DNA of 64,000 bases from positions 1 through 64,000 of the forward strand of contig NIVC01000976.1 of assembly GCA_002269645.1 (NCBI GenBank). Reading direction: 5' to 3'. A model generated the notes under the pieces. It searched no databases and was not told where the DNA came from. It saw nothing but the letters and a program-made list of their open reading frames with translations. Source of the DNA: Macrostomum lignano (Eukaryota). This document shows positions 25,429 to 37,298 of the stretch, in pieces; positions within the stretch are counted from its first letter, which is position 1; each line of letters begins with the position of its first letter. A program made the translations under genes and the position numbers.

Positions 25429-25770
25429 TGCCGCTGCAGCCGCTTGATTTGCCTGTCGCTTTCGGGATTGCCGCTGCAGCCGCTTGATTTGCCTGTCGCT
25501 TTCGGGATTGCCGCTGCAGCCGCTTGATTTGCCTGTCGCTTTCGGGATTGCCGCTGCAGCCGCTTGATTTGCCTGTCGCTTTCGGGATTGCCGCTGCAGC
25601 CGCTTGATTTGCCTGTCGCTTTCGGGATTGCCGCTGCAGCCGCTTGATTTGCCTGTCGCTTTCGGGATTGCCGCTGCAGCCGCTTGATTCGCCTGTCACT
25701 TTCGGGATTGCCGCTGCAGCCGCTTGATTCGCCTGTCACTTTCGGGATCGTTGCTGCAGCCGCTTGATCT
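25429..25770. repeat. Tandem repeat, 40-bp unit GCCGCTGCAGCCGCTTGATTTGCCTGTCGCTTTCGGGATT, about 8 copies
   Basis: Near-identical tandem copies; the unit length is not a multiple of 3. Confidence 0.93.
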
Positions 25771-27439
25771 TTGCCTCTAGCGCTTGGAACCCGCGAATCG
25801 GCTGCAGAGGTGAGAGCTTTCAGCCGCAACAGCTGTTCTCGGCGCAGAATCTGGTAGCCGAAGGTTGCTCTGCCACAGCACTGGCAGCAGGCAAGTCGCA
25901 GGCTCGGCTGCAGATAGATTGCTAATTGGCCCCAGCACTGGAGGGTACATGTCGTCTGCCTCTTCATCGTTTATCAGTCCTTTGCACAGAGGGTAGCTGG
26001 TCTATTTGAACGAGCCGAGGCAGCATCAACTCTTGGTGTGGGATTGCGTCCCAGCGAAAACAGATGTCTTGCACATCCGTGGCACTTTGTAAGGCAGCAG
26101 TAGGCCTCGTCCATAAAGTGCAAGCTGAACACACGGAGGCCCCGTGATTTAATTGTTTATAAAGATCAATATCCACGCTCCTGTAGTAGCTGCTGCCAGC
26201 GCTTCGCCAGTGTCATCTTTTGGTAATTTATGCATTCGCAACGGATTTTTCTTTCTCGGATGTTAATAGCACTAGTACAAAGCTCGTGCAAGTGGGAGCA
26301 CAGCAGTGGTTCGAATCAAAACATTTCTCGAGTACAAGATTAGATAGAAAAGCTAGTATGCACTCGAACTTTCTTTAACTCTGACTCTTGTCCTGTTCAT
26401 CTATATAAGCTTGTATTTAAGCACGATTCGCCACCCCCAAATTTTCTAACCCACAACCTCTCAACCCCCACCCCACCCCTAACCCAGGCTAGCTATGTGC
26501 AGTCCTTTATTTTCTATCCCACCACCAGTAGGCCTAAATTATCGATCCACTCACCCTGCCTTATACGAAACTGATATTAACCCTATTCCAGACTACCCCC
26601 CTTCCTCCACTTTGAAAGATAGCGGCATTGCACACTGTCTGTCGCGTCTTAATGTACACCATTACTGCACAAAACAAGTTAGTTGTTTATGGCGTTAGCA
26701 AAACGATGTCTTAAAAACAGTCACTCGATTTGTCTAATTTAGCAAATAATACTGTTGCTTCCTTTCATTGCTACTAAGCAGAAAGTAGAATAAAAAACTT
26801 GCCCAGAAAATTAGCCTGAGTGGCCTATCTAGTGTTTATAGTATCTGTGGGACAGACCACAGCCCAGACAGCCTAGACTAAAAAGTTGGACATATTTTTG
26901 AAGGTGCCACATGCCCATATTGGCTATATATCTGATAACCAAGCTGAAAAAAGATTTATTTCTCTATTAGATCATCATTTGCAATTATAAATGGATTCTT
27001 GATTAGGATTAGGCTTGATTAGACTTGATTAGGAGGTTCTGTCTTATTTTCTGTATAATAGTAGGCCTACTAATATCTACCCAAAAAGCCTTTAGAATTT
27101 TTTATTACCTACTAATGCTAAGATTTGTCATCAAGAAATTTTTGATATTAAACAAACTAGTAGTAAACTAAGACTATGAGTTATAAAAAAACCACTAGCT
27201 TTTTACCTACTTAACAATTTTTTGTTAAAAGAAAGGCCTTTTTATATATATACAACTACAATTAGGCATACTAGCTAACCTTGCCAACCTAACTAATATA
27301 CATTATAGAAAACCAAAGGTAAATTGTAAAAATTGATAAATCTTTCAAAAAAATCATAAATTTTATTAAAAAACTTATCTTCTTTTGGTAAATTGCAAGA
27401 GGTTGCATTTGTAGTCAAAAGAAAAATTTGTATAACTAG

Positions 27440-27870
27440 TACAAAGTTGCAGAATCTACAGTAGAATTGGAATAGAATAGGCTAAGCCTAACATAGTAAA
27501 ATGCAGAATCTACAGTAGAATTGAGATAGAATAAGCTAGGCCTAACATAGTAAAATGCAGAATCTACAGTAGAATTGAGATAGAATAAGCTAGGCCTAAC
27601 ATAGTAAAATGCAGAATCTATAGTAGAATTGGAATAGAATAGACTAGGCCTAACATAGTAAAATGCAGAATCTATAGTAGAATTGAGATAGAATAAGCTA
27701 GGCCTAACATAGTAAAATGCAGAATCTATAGTAGAATTGAGATAGAATAAGCTAGGCCTAACATAGTAAAATGCAGAATCTATAGTAGAATTGGAATAGA
27801 ATAGGCTAGGCCTAACATAGTAAAATGCAGAATCTATAGTGGAATGTGAATAGAATAGCACAATAAAATA
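27440..27870. repeat. Tandem repeat, 54-bp unit, about 8 copies
   Basis: Repeating unit AAAATGCAGAATCTATAGTAGAATTGAGATAGAATAAGCTAGGCCTAACATAGT. Confidence 0.92.
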
Positions 27871-28409
27871 TAGAATCTATAATAGAGTAGGGCAGGCCTA
27901 GTAAATTGTAGAATAAACTATGGATTCTACTAACTTTTAAGTAAAATGTGAATGTAGGGCAGCAGAAATGTACTATGAACTATACATGTAAACTTATAAT
28001 TGTAAAACTAAAATATTAAACCAAACTACTAGAGAAAGAATAAACAAATAGAAATTTATTCACTTATTAGCCATATTAGGCCCCTATTTATAAGAGAAAT
28101 AATATGCACTACACAGTGCAATGCACTAGGCCTACTAGGGCCTATATACTAGTTGTTGTCCAACTTGTCTCATTGACTAAGCCCTATAGCTAGGGCAGGC
28201 CTAATAAAGGCCAAAGGCCCAAAGTTTAAAAAGGGGCCAACCTATATACTAGTCAAGCTGTGTGCATAATGCATTCTATTTAACCTAGTATTACTATCAA
28301 GTAAAAATTGACATAAAGCAAGTGAATAACACGAGTTTGCCCCTTAGCCCTACATCCATGTCGCTGCCACAACATTTGGTCCTAGATCATATTGCTTGAC
28401 AGAACATAT

Positions 28410-28666
28410 TGCGCCTCCCAAAAACCTAAGTTTGCGCCTCCTAAACTAGATTTTTCGCCCCAAACACCTTTTTTGCGCCCCTAAGCTTGACTTTTCGCCC
28501 CTACGGCCCTACACGCATTTTTGGCGCCCCTAAGCTTGATTTTTCGCCCCCATCTATACGCAGTTTTTGCACCCCTAGCTTAAAAATTGGCGCCCCTTAT
28601 ACTTGTGTTGGCGCCCCAAACTTAGACCGCATCCGCCCCCAAAATGAAACTCTAGATCCGCCACTG
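28410..28666 (-). mobile_element. One end of a MITE/hAT-like non-autonomous element
   Basis: The minus strand begins CAGTGGCGGATCTAGAG...GGGGGCGG, a common invertebrate MITE-type terminus, followed by many GCGCCCC subterminal motifs. No matching second TIR was seen. Confidence 0.4.
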
Positions 28667-29108
28667 ATACTGACAATAGGCCTACCGCCCGGCGCCCTAT
28701 GGCCTATCAAGTTTTACCGTCTATTTAACGGAAGAGTAGACTAGCTGTGTCGCCTGCGTTACAATAGGCCTAAAATCAAAAACTAGATAGATGGACTGAA
28801 AGCAAGACAAGGCCAATAAAAATTAAATAAGCCTAGGACAAAACTAGAAACTGAAATGAAGGACCGGACACATTCGATCGTATACTTTCCTGGAAAAAAC
28901 GAATTGCACGATAGGAACTTTGAAAATAGCTTGTTAGAACTGGAATTTTTAAAACAAAAATCAAAAGGTTTTAAGGGTTATAAATTTCACTTTATGCATC
29001 GGTTGTATTTCTCCTACATTTCTCAATGATAAAAATATCATACTAATAAATTAATGATGCTGTTCAAGTGTGAAATAACTAGATTTAAGATATCTGCACA
29101 TCTGGCAT

Positions 29109-29871
29109 AACAACAACATCAATTGATACGCGGCCCTGCAAGCAGAGGTCACAGTTAGAGCAGGGCGCGTCAGATGGCACGCCGCAGAGCCTGGGAGCGA
29201 ACAAAGTCCGCTCCGTTGGCAGTATCGGGCGCCCCAGCGTCGCACAGCAGGCAGTCCACGTATCGACGGGTTCGGGCCTGACCCCGCCTGAACGGACCCT
29301 GTAAGGTGAGCAGGATTACGTGGCCCGCCAGTTGAAGTCGCCGCCGGCGTAGGATGGTGGACGGGCGCTGCATCTTGGCCCAATCGTACAGGACCTCGGT
29401 CCCGACGCTCTCGTCACTCGAAAGGCCGCACGGAGCAGCCCTGAGTGCGCCGAGTCCAGCTGCCGCTCAAGCGTAGCCGTCAGCGCCCACGTCTCGGCGT
29501 TGTATAGCAGGACGGTTTCGACCACCGCCTGCCACAGCTAGCCGAGCCCTCTCGCGGTCGGGTATGCGCTTCGGACTGGGGGCCGGAGGACGGCTCGGGT
29601 CGAACGAAAGGCGGCCCAGGCAAGTCCTCTGCGCCGCCGGAGGTCCTCTTTCACGTGGGGCACCAGACCGCCGAAGTAGGTGAACCGCTGGCAGCGTGCG
29701 AGCTTGGTCGTCTGCCCTTATGCGCCGCGGCACGTCAGGTGTCTGCTGGGATGTCGGCCGGCACAGTCAGCACCTCGGTCTTTACCGTGTTGACGATCAG
29801 ACCAACGCTCGATGCCACCTCGACCAGCCTGTTGATCTGGCGCTGGGCGCCTTTAACGGACGAGGACAGGA
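29109..29871 (-). mobile_element. 5'-truncated, degenerate RTE-like non-LTR retrotransposon
   Basis: RT C-terminal fragments are LSSSVKGAQRQINRLVEVASSVGLIVNTVKTEVL, VETVLLYNAETWALT...LDSAHSGLLRAAF and LRRRRLQLAGHV. The tail is (TTG)n-like. An 11-bp TSD, ACATCTGGCAT (29098-29108) and ACATCTGACAT (29872-29882), matches at 10 of 11 positions. Confidence 0.85.
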
Positions 29872-30959
29872 ACATCTGACATGATGTATGACGAAGTAAA
29901 TCTAGCGCAGCGTAGCAGACCTTGGTACTCAAGAACGAACAGAACAGAATGCATGTAGTCCAAGAAAGCGATGTATTCAGCTTACGCTCAATTGCTGAGT
30001 TGGCCACGTTTTTCAGAGTAGCGACGAAAAAATGTGTTATTAATAATACTCGTAGATCAAAACGTTATAAATGTTAGCAGCGACAGATTGGCTGAAAGTT
30101 ACGTGGAAGCTGCATGGGCAACATTATTGATTGGCTGGAAATTTATCACTTGCCGACATATAAAAACCGATTCTAGAATATACACAGAAGTTATACAAAA
30201 TAGGATACATTTACGTAGTCTACTGACAGTAAAGACAATAACATTTCACAAGTAAGTCAACCCCGCGCCAACATGTATATATGGCATTCTGTGTATATAT
30301 GTGTATATGTATCCATGTATATGCATACATCGGGTATATATGCATAAAAATGAAGCTGGATCGCTGATGAGTGACAGCTAGGTTCGGTGAGAATTCGCAG
30401 GGTAGGCCGTAGCCGTAAAATTAAGTTGCACTTGTCTACAATATGGCTTGAAAGCTAGCTGGTAAGTTCAATTGGTGTTGCAGTAGCAAGTAAATGTGCA
30501 TCTGCAAATACACGTACAATATGCGGCAACATACTTACACGCCTTTTACACAGATTTTGTATTTTACAGCACCATATCGGTTCCCAACAGAGAAAATTGT
30601 GCACACATGTGAATGTACTTAGTGTAAGCACAACATTTTTTTGTTTATGATATCATAAACTATGGTTAACATTCTGAATTTATTCAACAATATACTTTGA
30701 GCTATACATGTAACAATCAAACTCCATGAGCAGTTTTGGATTAATTGGTACATGTAAATAATCATTTAGGTACATTCATCACGCAGATCAAGTTCCGCCA
30801 ATGGCAATAGAATCATCAATCCATTTCAAATACTGGTAGTACACATGCATCGGAATGGAATCTGATTTTCGTAATTTTTCAAGATAAGCTTCCATATGGG
30901 CATGAAAATACACGTGCGGTCTACATGTATATAATTGCGTAGCTTAAATATCGATCCAG

Positions 30960-33900
30960 CTACAGACTATCGCGCTGAGAGTTGATAGTGTATTTTCCGC
31001 CAGGACTAGAGCAGGATGATATAGCGCCATCTACAGGATCGGTGACGCGACTGCTAGCCGAAAGGGTGCTGTATCTGCTAGGATTCGGTGCTAAATTTGC
31101 CACAGGATCGACAACAGGCTCGCCGTAGTCGGCGCTAGCATCTGCGCCTGAATTGGTCTTAGCAATCTTTGCAGTGCCCGAAGTGTGGTAAATAATAAAC
31201 ACGGGACAGTCGCCAGTTTCATCAGCCTCATAGCGACCAACGAGCTCTCTAATCATCTCCATCGAGAACAGCGACCGGCTCTCCCTGTGCAGCTCTACAC
31301 TGGTGCACAGCTGACAGTCGGCGCGTCCGAATCCGCCAAAGTAGGCCACCGAGCCGCCGCCGCTAAAATGCGGGCACTCCAGCACCTGAAGTTGGCCTCG
31401 TCTGTTTGCAAACAGCCAGACTGAGCCCAGCCATGGCACCGTGAAGCGACTGGGTACGAGTAGACTGAGGGAGTCCTCCTGGTCGGCTTAAAAATATTAG
31501 TAGGGTTAGACGCTTTTAGGATTCGGCACTTTAAACAGGTACATGTGTATATAGTAGCAAATCGCATATTGCATATAGCATAAAAAAAGTTAGGGTTTGA
31601 CATTGTCCAGAGTTAATGTGCCGAGTACAGTGTCACAATAGCGTCCTTTTGAAGTACTTGTGCTTCTCAGGCTGCGCTAGCACAGTGTTTTGAGCTCTCC
31701 GTCTGCTTTAAGCGGAAGCCTTCTTGAAATTACTGTACTTTGGACTGCGGAGGGAGCCAGAGCTTGTCATCAGACTAGTTCCCATGAAAAAGGGGAAAAG
31801 GCCCACTAGTGAAGCCACTAGTGACGTTGAGACGGGAAAACAGACAGTCCACTAACAAAGCACTGGTGACAGCCACAGAGCGCGAACCAAGAGCAGGCTG
31901 GGCCAAGCTGCCCAGCACTGCAAACAGAACACGGGGAAAAACGGGGCGGGAACAGGAACAGAGAGCAAAAGATGGGAGCTGTGCCCCAGCGGCAGGCGAC
32001 AGCTCAGAGCGAGGGAACGGGAACTGCTGACTAGAGTGAGACACCAAACAGTAATACTAGTGACTCACTACACTTTTATAATTTCATTTTTTACATGCCG
32101 CTTAATCATTTTCAAATCTGCGATCTGGGATCATTTGTAAATCACCATCATCAAGTAATTTAAATTTAACTTACCAACGAAAAAACCCTGATCGATGGTG
32201 ACATATCGAATCTTGACTCGGTGCTGCTGCGGCCCACCCTCGAACCAGATGATCTCGGCGCCAGAGTCCACGTAGCGCATTGGCGAGAAGTCCAGCCGCA
32301 TCTCCGCCTGCAGCTGGAACGGCTCCTTGCTGTAGGCGTTCAGCACTACTCGGCGGGAGATGGTGTAGAATGAGCACAGCAGGACGCGCGTCTCACTGAC
32401 CGATACCTGGGAGGTTTTTCGAACAAGTGAGTTTTAGATTTGATCTGCAATCTGCTTTAATAGTGTTTAAAGATTCCATATGGTCGAGTTGTACATAAAT
32501 GTAGCTTTTTCTTAACTAAAGTGTGACAATTTTTAATCTCAATTGCAGCAACTTGAATTGGACTTAGTGAACATTTCGGATGAATTTCAGTCATTATTAT
32601 CAGTACATGCCTACTTAGCACATCCATGTACGAGGTGTGGCCAAAAAGTAACGAGAATTTAGCTACAAAAACTTTCTGAACAAATAAATGCAAATTCAGT
32701 CAACTGCACCCTTCAAAGTAATTGCCGCCACTTTCAACACATTGCCTCAATTGCTGGTGCCAGCTCCTGATGCAGCCCTGGAAGTCCTCCTTCATGATGC
32801 CCCTCAGCACCCCTGTCACACTCTCCTTGATGGCATCCAAGTCTTCAAATCTGGATCCTTTGAGAACCTGCTTCACCTAGGGAAAGAGCCAGGAATCACA
32901 CGGCGCCATATCCGGTGAATAAGGTGGATGGCGCAACTCTGCGACCAGTCTTTTGGCCAAAAACTGTCTCAATGTCCCGATGACCAATCGCAGCTGCTTC
33001 TGATCGTCATTGAGGAACTTTGTCACCATCTTTGACGCTCTCCCGTCCATCCCCGGAATCGCTTGTGCCACTAATACACTCTTGCCTGAGACATAGCATC
33101 ATCTCTATGTTAAAGCACAAAGCAGCTGGAGGCATTCCGATGGCTTCTTGCCGAGTTTCACCTAAAACTTGATGTTGATTAGTTGCTCATTGTTTATTTT
33201 TTGACACGGCAGTGTGACAGCTATAATGAAAAATAATTAAAAAATCATGAAAACCAAAACATTTCGACACAATACTGCTTTCTATAAAAGCTGAGAAGCT
33301 GAGCTTCAAGAAGACATCGATTAATTTTAGTAGAAGTTTGTATTTTCAGATTTAAGCAGCAATTCTCGTTACTTTTTGGCCACACCTCGTATACTCAGCA
33401 AAATCGAAAAGTCGCCATCACAAAAGATTCCGTCTGTGGTCCCCACTTTTGAGAGTGCAGGTGAAGTCTCTCATTCTTTGCGAGTGACGCAACTCAGGTA
33501 CACCGCGGCAGACTTGAGTTGAGGAATGAAAGTCGGGGGAGCGGTGTGCAAGGGTTGGACGGATTAAAGCTACCCCTGAGTTTTCTCGTACCTTTTACTT
33601 CATACTAGTCCAAGAGAAATTGCTCACTGGCGCATAGAGTGGCGACTTTTCAATGTTGCTGAGTGTAGTGATCCGCTAGTTGGTGTTAGTCGTCGCACTT
33701 TGTCAGCAGTCGCCCTTGCCTTCGCCCTCGCCCTGGGTTGCTGTCTGCCGCTGGTCAGCTTCCCGCCTCCCTCCTTTTGTCTGTCTGTTGCTGCTCCCTT
33801 CCCTCGTTTTGCCCCTTCGTTTCCCAGCCCTCAGCTTCTCTCCTGTGGGCTGTCGCTGTTTCGTCAGTCTCGTTTTCCCCTGTCATGTGAGCCAGTCACA

Positions 33901-36120
33901 TGACAGATTTCTCGTTCTTGGAGTCTTAAAGTTTACTGCACTCGCTGGTCCTGTTTACTGGGAGAGTCACGTGCTTTCGGTCCCCTCCCTTCTCTAAGGA
34001 GAGGAGTGATTCATGTTGCTAAAAATAGCAACTGAGTCACAGCCGCGTGTACTTCTGCCCGGAGACCCCAAGTGACGTCAGTTCTAAAAATAGAACGAGT
34101 CACGAGGTCTTGAGCGCATTGGGACTGTGCCCGGAGGCCATGAGTGACGTCAGTTCTAAAAATAGAACGAGTCACAAGATCTTGTGCAATGGGACAGAGG
34201 TGAATCCCGCGCTATAAATAGGACCCCTCTCCCCCTTGTTTCCGTCAAGGAGTTTTCAGTTATCAGTATTTGTAGCCGAGTTCCTGAGATTCTGACTATT
34301 CGTCTTCGGAATCTTCTTCTTGTCAAGTTTTCCAGACTTCGTTCAGTTGCCCATTTAAGCTATCACCAATTGGCCTGACTAAAACTTAGACGCCCAAGCC
34401 TAAGGGAGGCTAACACTGCCTTCCAGCCACCCCTGAGCCCGGCGGGGATCTGCTGACTAGGACGCCTTGTTCATTAATCTGCAAATCTGCACTCTGTGCT
34501 GAGTTCGTTGACTTGTTTATTTCGTTCCGACGCGAAGCTCACCTCACCGAAGGCCGAGACCTGAAGGAACTGGTGGCAGCACTACCTACGCTACTGAGAG
34601 AGTTAAGAAGGCTTCCGAGTGAGAAGACGGAGAGCCCAAATCACTGAGCGGGACAGCGAGACAGCCCCGAGACAACCATAAGTACTTCACTGAGTATATG
34701 CTACACAGTGAATTAGGGTGCATCAATGATGCCTATGGGGCTGTACACTTTGTGTGAGCGTGTGTACTGCGTGCCTGTGTACAGTATCGCGCAATTGTCG
34801 CCGTACACGCATGTGCTCATGAGCCATCGGAATTGAGCAAAATTGTCGCTGAAAGCGCTGCGCCAGGGTGCCTACAACTCTTTTGCGAGTGTAATATTAT
34901 GGTCTCTTGCAACAGATTTAGGTAAAGGTGCCCTGCCATTGCTGCCCTGATACCCAAGTGGCTAATCTTACTTAAGTTGGACGTGCGTCATGATACATCC
35001 GCAATTGGCAGCCTTCCGAACCTTGTGCGTTTGCTTACTTCTGTTACGAACTTTATCCAATTGTCGGCGGCAAAGTTTTACGTGCTTCAAATTTGGTTTC
35101 AAACAAAGCAAACTCTGTCGTAAGAACAAATTAAATGCCATTGCAAATCAAAGTACTAACCTGAAAAGGCGACTTGGCCTCCTGCGGCACGTATCTCTCG
35201 CCAGCGTCGCTGCAATCTAGCATCGATACAAGCTGCAACTCCGGCACCGACAGACGCCGGATGCAGTTATCAGACTCGCTGGGCAAATAGAAAATTTTAT
35301 CGGTATAGCAATAGCAGGGCAGGATGGTCAGGCCAAAGTGCAAAGTTCTCAGGAGCGTCAGCTGGGCGTCGAATACCAACAGGCCAGAGCGGAACGTGCC
35401 GCCAGCATTGAATCGGCAGTTGAGTAAGAAATGGCCGCAGTGCGACAGCCAGCTGTGCACGACGCCTTCAATTTAGGAGTACACGTAATTAATATCGATT
35501 CGGTGAATGAGGATACGTTCTCAGTGCTTTTATACAAAAAGGTAATAAAATGGCAATGGTACTCTGCACTTCAACAGCCAAGAAAAGAAGTTCAAACTGG
35601 TCTATCTATTGGCCACCCGCAGAGCTGAACTCTCCCTTTCAGAGAGCACCATAGCTGCCGGCGACACTGGGGTACCTCCCTGGGCGGCGCCAACCCTTCG
35701 TCCATAACGACGCGTCGGCCGTTCAGGGATTAGCGGAATGGGCGTTTGCGCCTTCCCACTGAGTCCCCTTCAGGGACAGCCCTGCAGCTAAGTCAAGTAA
35801 GTCAAGGTCTATCTAATAGCTTTTACAAGTTCTCGGCAGTGTTACACCTTGCTAGGACAAGCGTATAACTTCCGCATTATTTATACGTCAAAAAATAGCA
35901 CACAACTCACTGGTAATTATTGCGTTCTCTATCTGCCTGATGTACACAAGCCGCACAGCTCGGAACTCATCCACCTGAACTCCTCCAGTAGGCACTGACT
36001 GTTCAACGGCTACTCGGCAAAACTTTTTAACCACCAACTGGCGCTGCTCAACGAGGGCTGCGTAAACAACGCCGATGCGGTCGCTGGAGTCGGCTTCGTA
36101 GTCCCAGTCGAAGACGGAGA
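30960..36120 (-). CDS. Unidentified multi-exon protein, possibly a beta-propeller; 5' end uncertain
   Basis: Exons about 36120-35911, 35465-35161, 32406-32175 and 31486-30960 join in frame with canonical donors (gtgagt, gttagt, gtaagt). The product is rich in short hydrophobic beta-strand-like segments (VSVFDWD, LLVFDAQL, IFYLP, RVLLCSF, VWLFAN). No family was recognised. Confidence 0.65.
32631..33389 (-). mobile_element. Internally deleted mariner (Tc1/mariner) element
   Basis: Perfect 29-bp TIRs CGAGGTGTGGCCAAAAAGTAACGAGAATT, with TA at 32629-32630 and 33390-33391. Transposase remnants are EQLINIKF.VKLGKKP...WHKRF (HTH region) and LRHPPYSPDMAPCD.WLFP (mariner YSPDLAP motif). Confidence 0.93.
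33664..34705. mobile_element. Possible solo LTR
   Basis: Ends are TGTAG...CTACA. Inside are a duplicated AGTGACGTCAGTTCTAAAAATAGAACGAGTCAC unit (about 34072 and 34142) and TATAAATA at about 34213. No clean TSD. Confidence 0.3.
35609..35805 (+). mobile_element. 197-bp retroposed insertion (SINE or very short LINE 3' end)
   Basis: Flanked by an exact 10-bp TSD GGTCTATCTA (35599-35608 and 35806-35815). It ends GCCCTGCAGCTAAGTCAAGTAAGTCAA, like the tail of the LINE ending at 44921. Confidence 0.8.
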
Positions 36121-37298
36121 CTCGAGGCGAGAAGGGCAATAATATTGAGGTCATGTTATGTGTGAGCAGCAACTGTTTTGCTTTGCAGTACTGCGTTATG
36201 TGAGTGCTGCATTAAGAATTTGGGAATGATGGCTAGCTGGTTAATCGCAGCTATATAAGTCTTAGTCGTGATTCGCCCCATAGACTAATTGGTCACATAG
36301 ATTTTTGGGAGAGATTGATTTACTTTGTCACTACGAGTATTTGAAGCGAACTTTATTAGCATTGTTAAGTTTATTCTTGTTGAAAATCATGCATAAATAA
36401 CTCCATGACTGAAGGTTCACATGTTAATTTAAATAACTATATTGATTAATATTGGAGACTGTGCATGTACAGCTTACACCGCCTATAAAAACTCTGTATT
36501 TTGGAAACAAAAAACAATAAGACTTTGCCAATAAATCCACAGATAAAAAAATATCACACGTTAAGAGCAATACATGGTCTGAAGGTTTTTTATACTTATA
36601 GATCTTGTTATAAAACATTTTATTTGGATGAATTTTTATTGTTTCCACGGGTATTTCAAACGCAAGCACATCTTTAGATAGAACTCTGAATCTATCTACA
36701 GTGTATCTTAGATCAAATAATTTTTGTCAACTTATTGTCGGCTTATGGCAGTGTAATTGTTTTCTCGGCCTCTATCGTTATGATGCCTTAAGGTGAAAAG
36801 CTGGGTCTGTTGTTAGTCACTCATGCGCCCAGACTCTCAGGAAATCTCGCCAGATAGGAATTAAAAATCTTATTGTTCACATTGCAGACAAGCCTGCCAA
36901 ATGCAGCCATCAGAGTCTCTACCATTTCGAATTCGCTTGAGGTTGTGTGCACTGAACCGGTAATTTATAAACAGACGCACTTTTTCATACTATAATCATG
37001 TGTTTCTTTTTAAAGACCTGTTTGCGCTTGAAATATCAGCGGAAAAGCGTTTCAAACTTCAGCTTGAAATCAAATTTGCCATAAAACTTGACTTTATTAA
37101 GCAAAATGAAGACCATTTTGGGATTTAGCGCACTGAATTATCACAAGAAATCAACCAAAAACCACAGATCTTTTAAATAATACAGACTTGTTGACCTGCA
37201 TAAAAATACGAGCTATTATGCCAGTAATATTCTAATTTGAACTACAAACGAAACTCAACAAGCGGTAGGTAAGCAGCAAATTTTTTTACCAAACTTTT

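Noticed and set aside
25187-25967. Repeat ORFs QRQSRKRQANQAAAAAIPKATG
   Set aside because: The 40-bp unit cycles through frames, and the flanking GC-rich sequence gave no recognisable protein.
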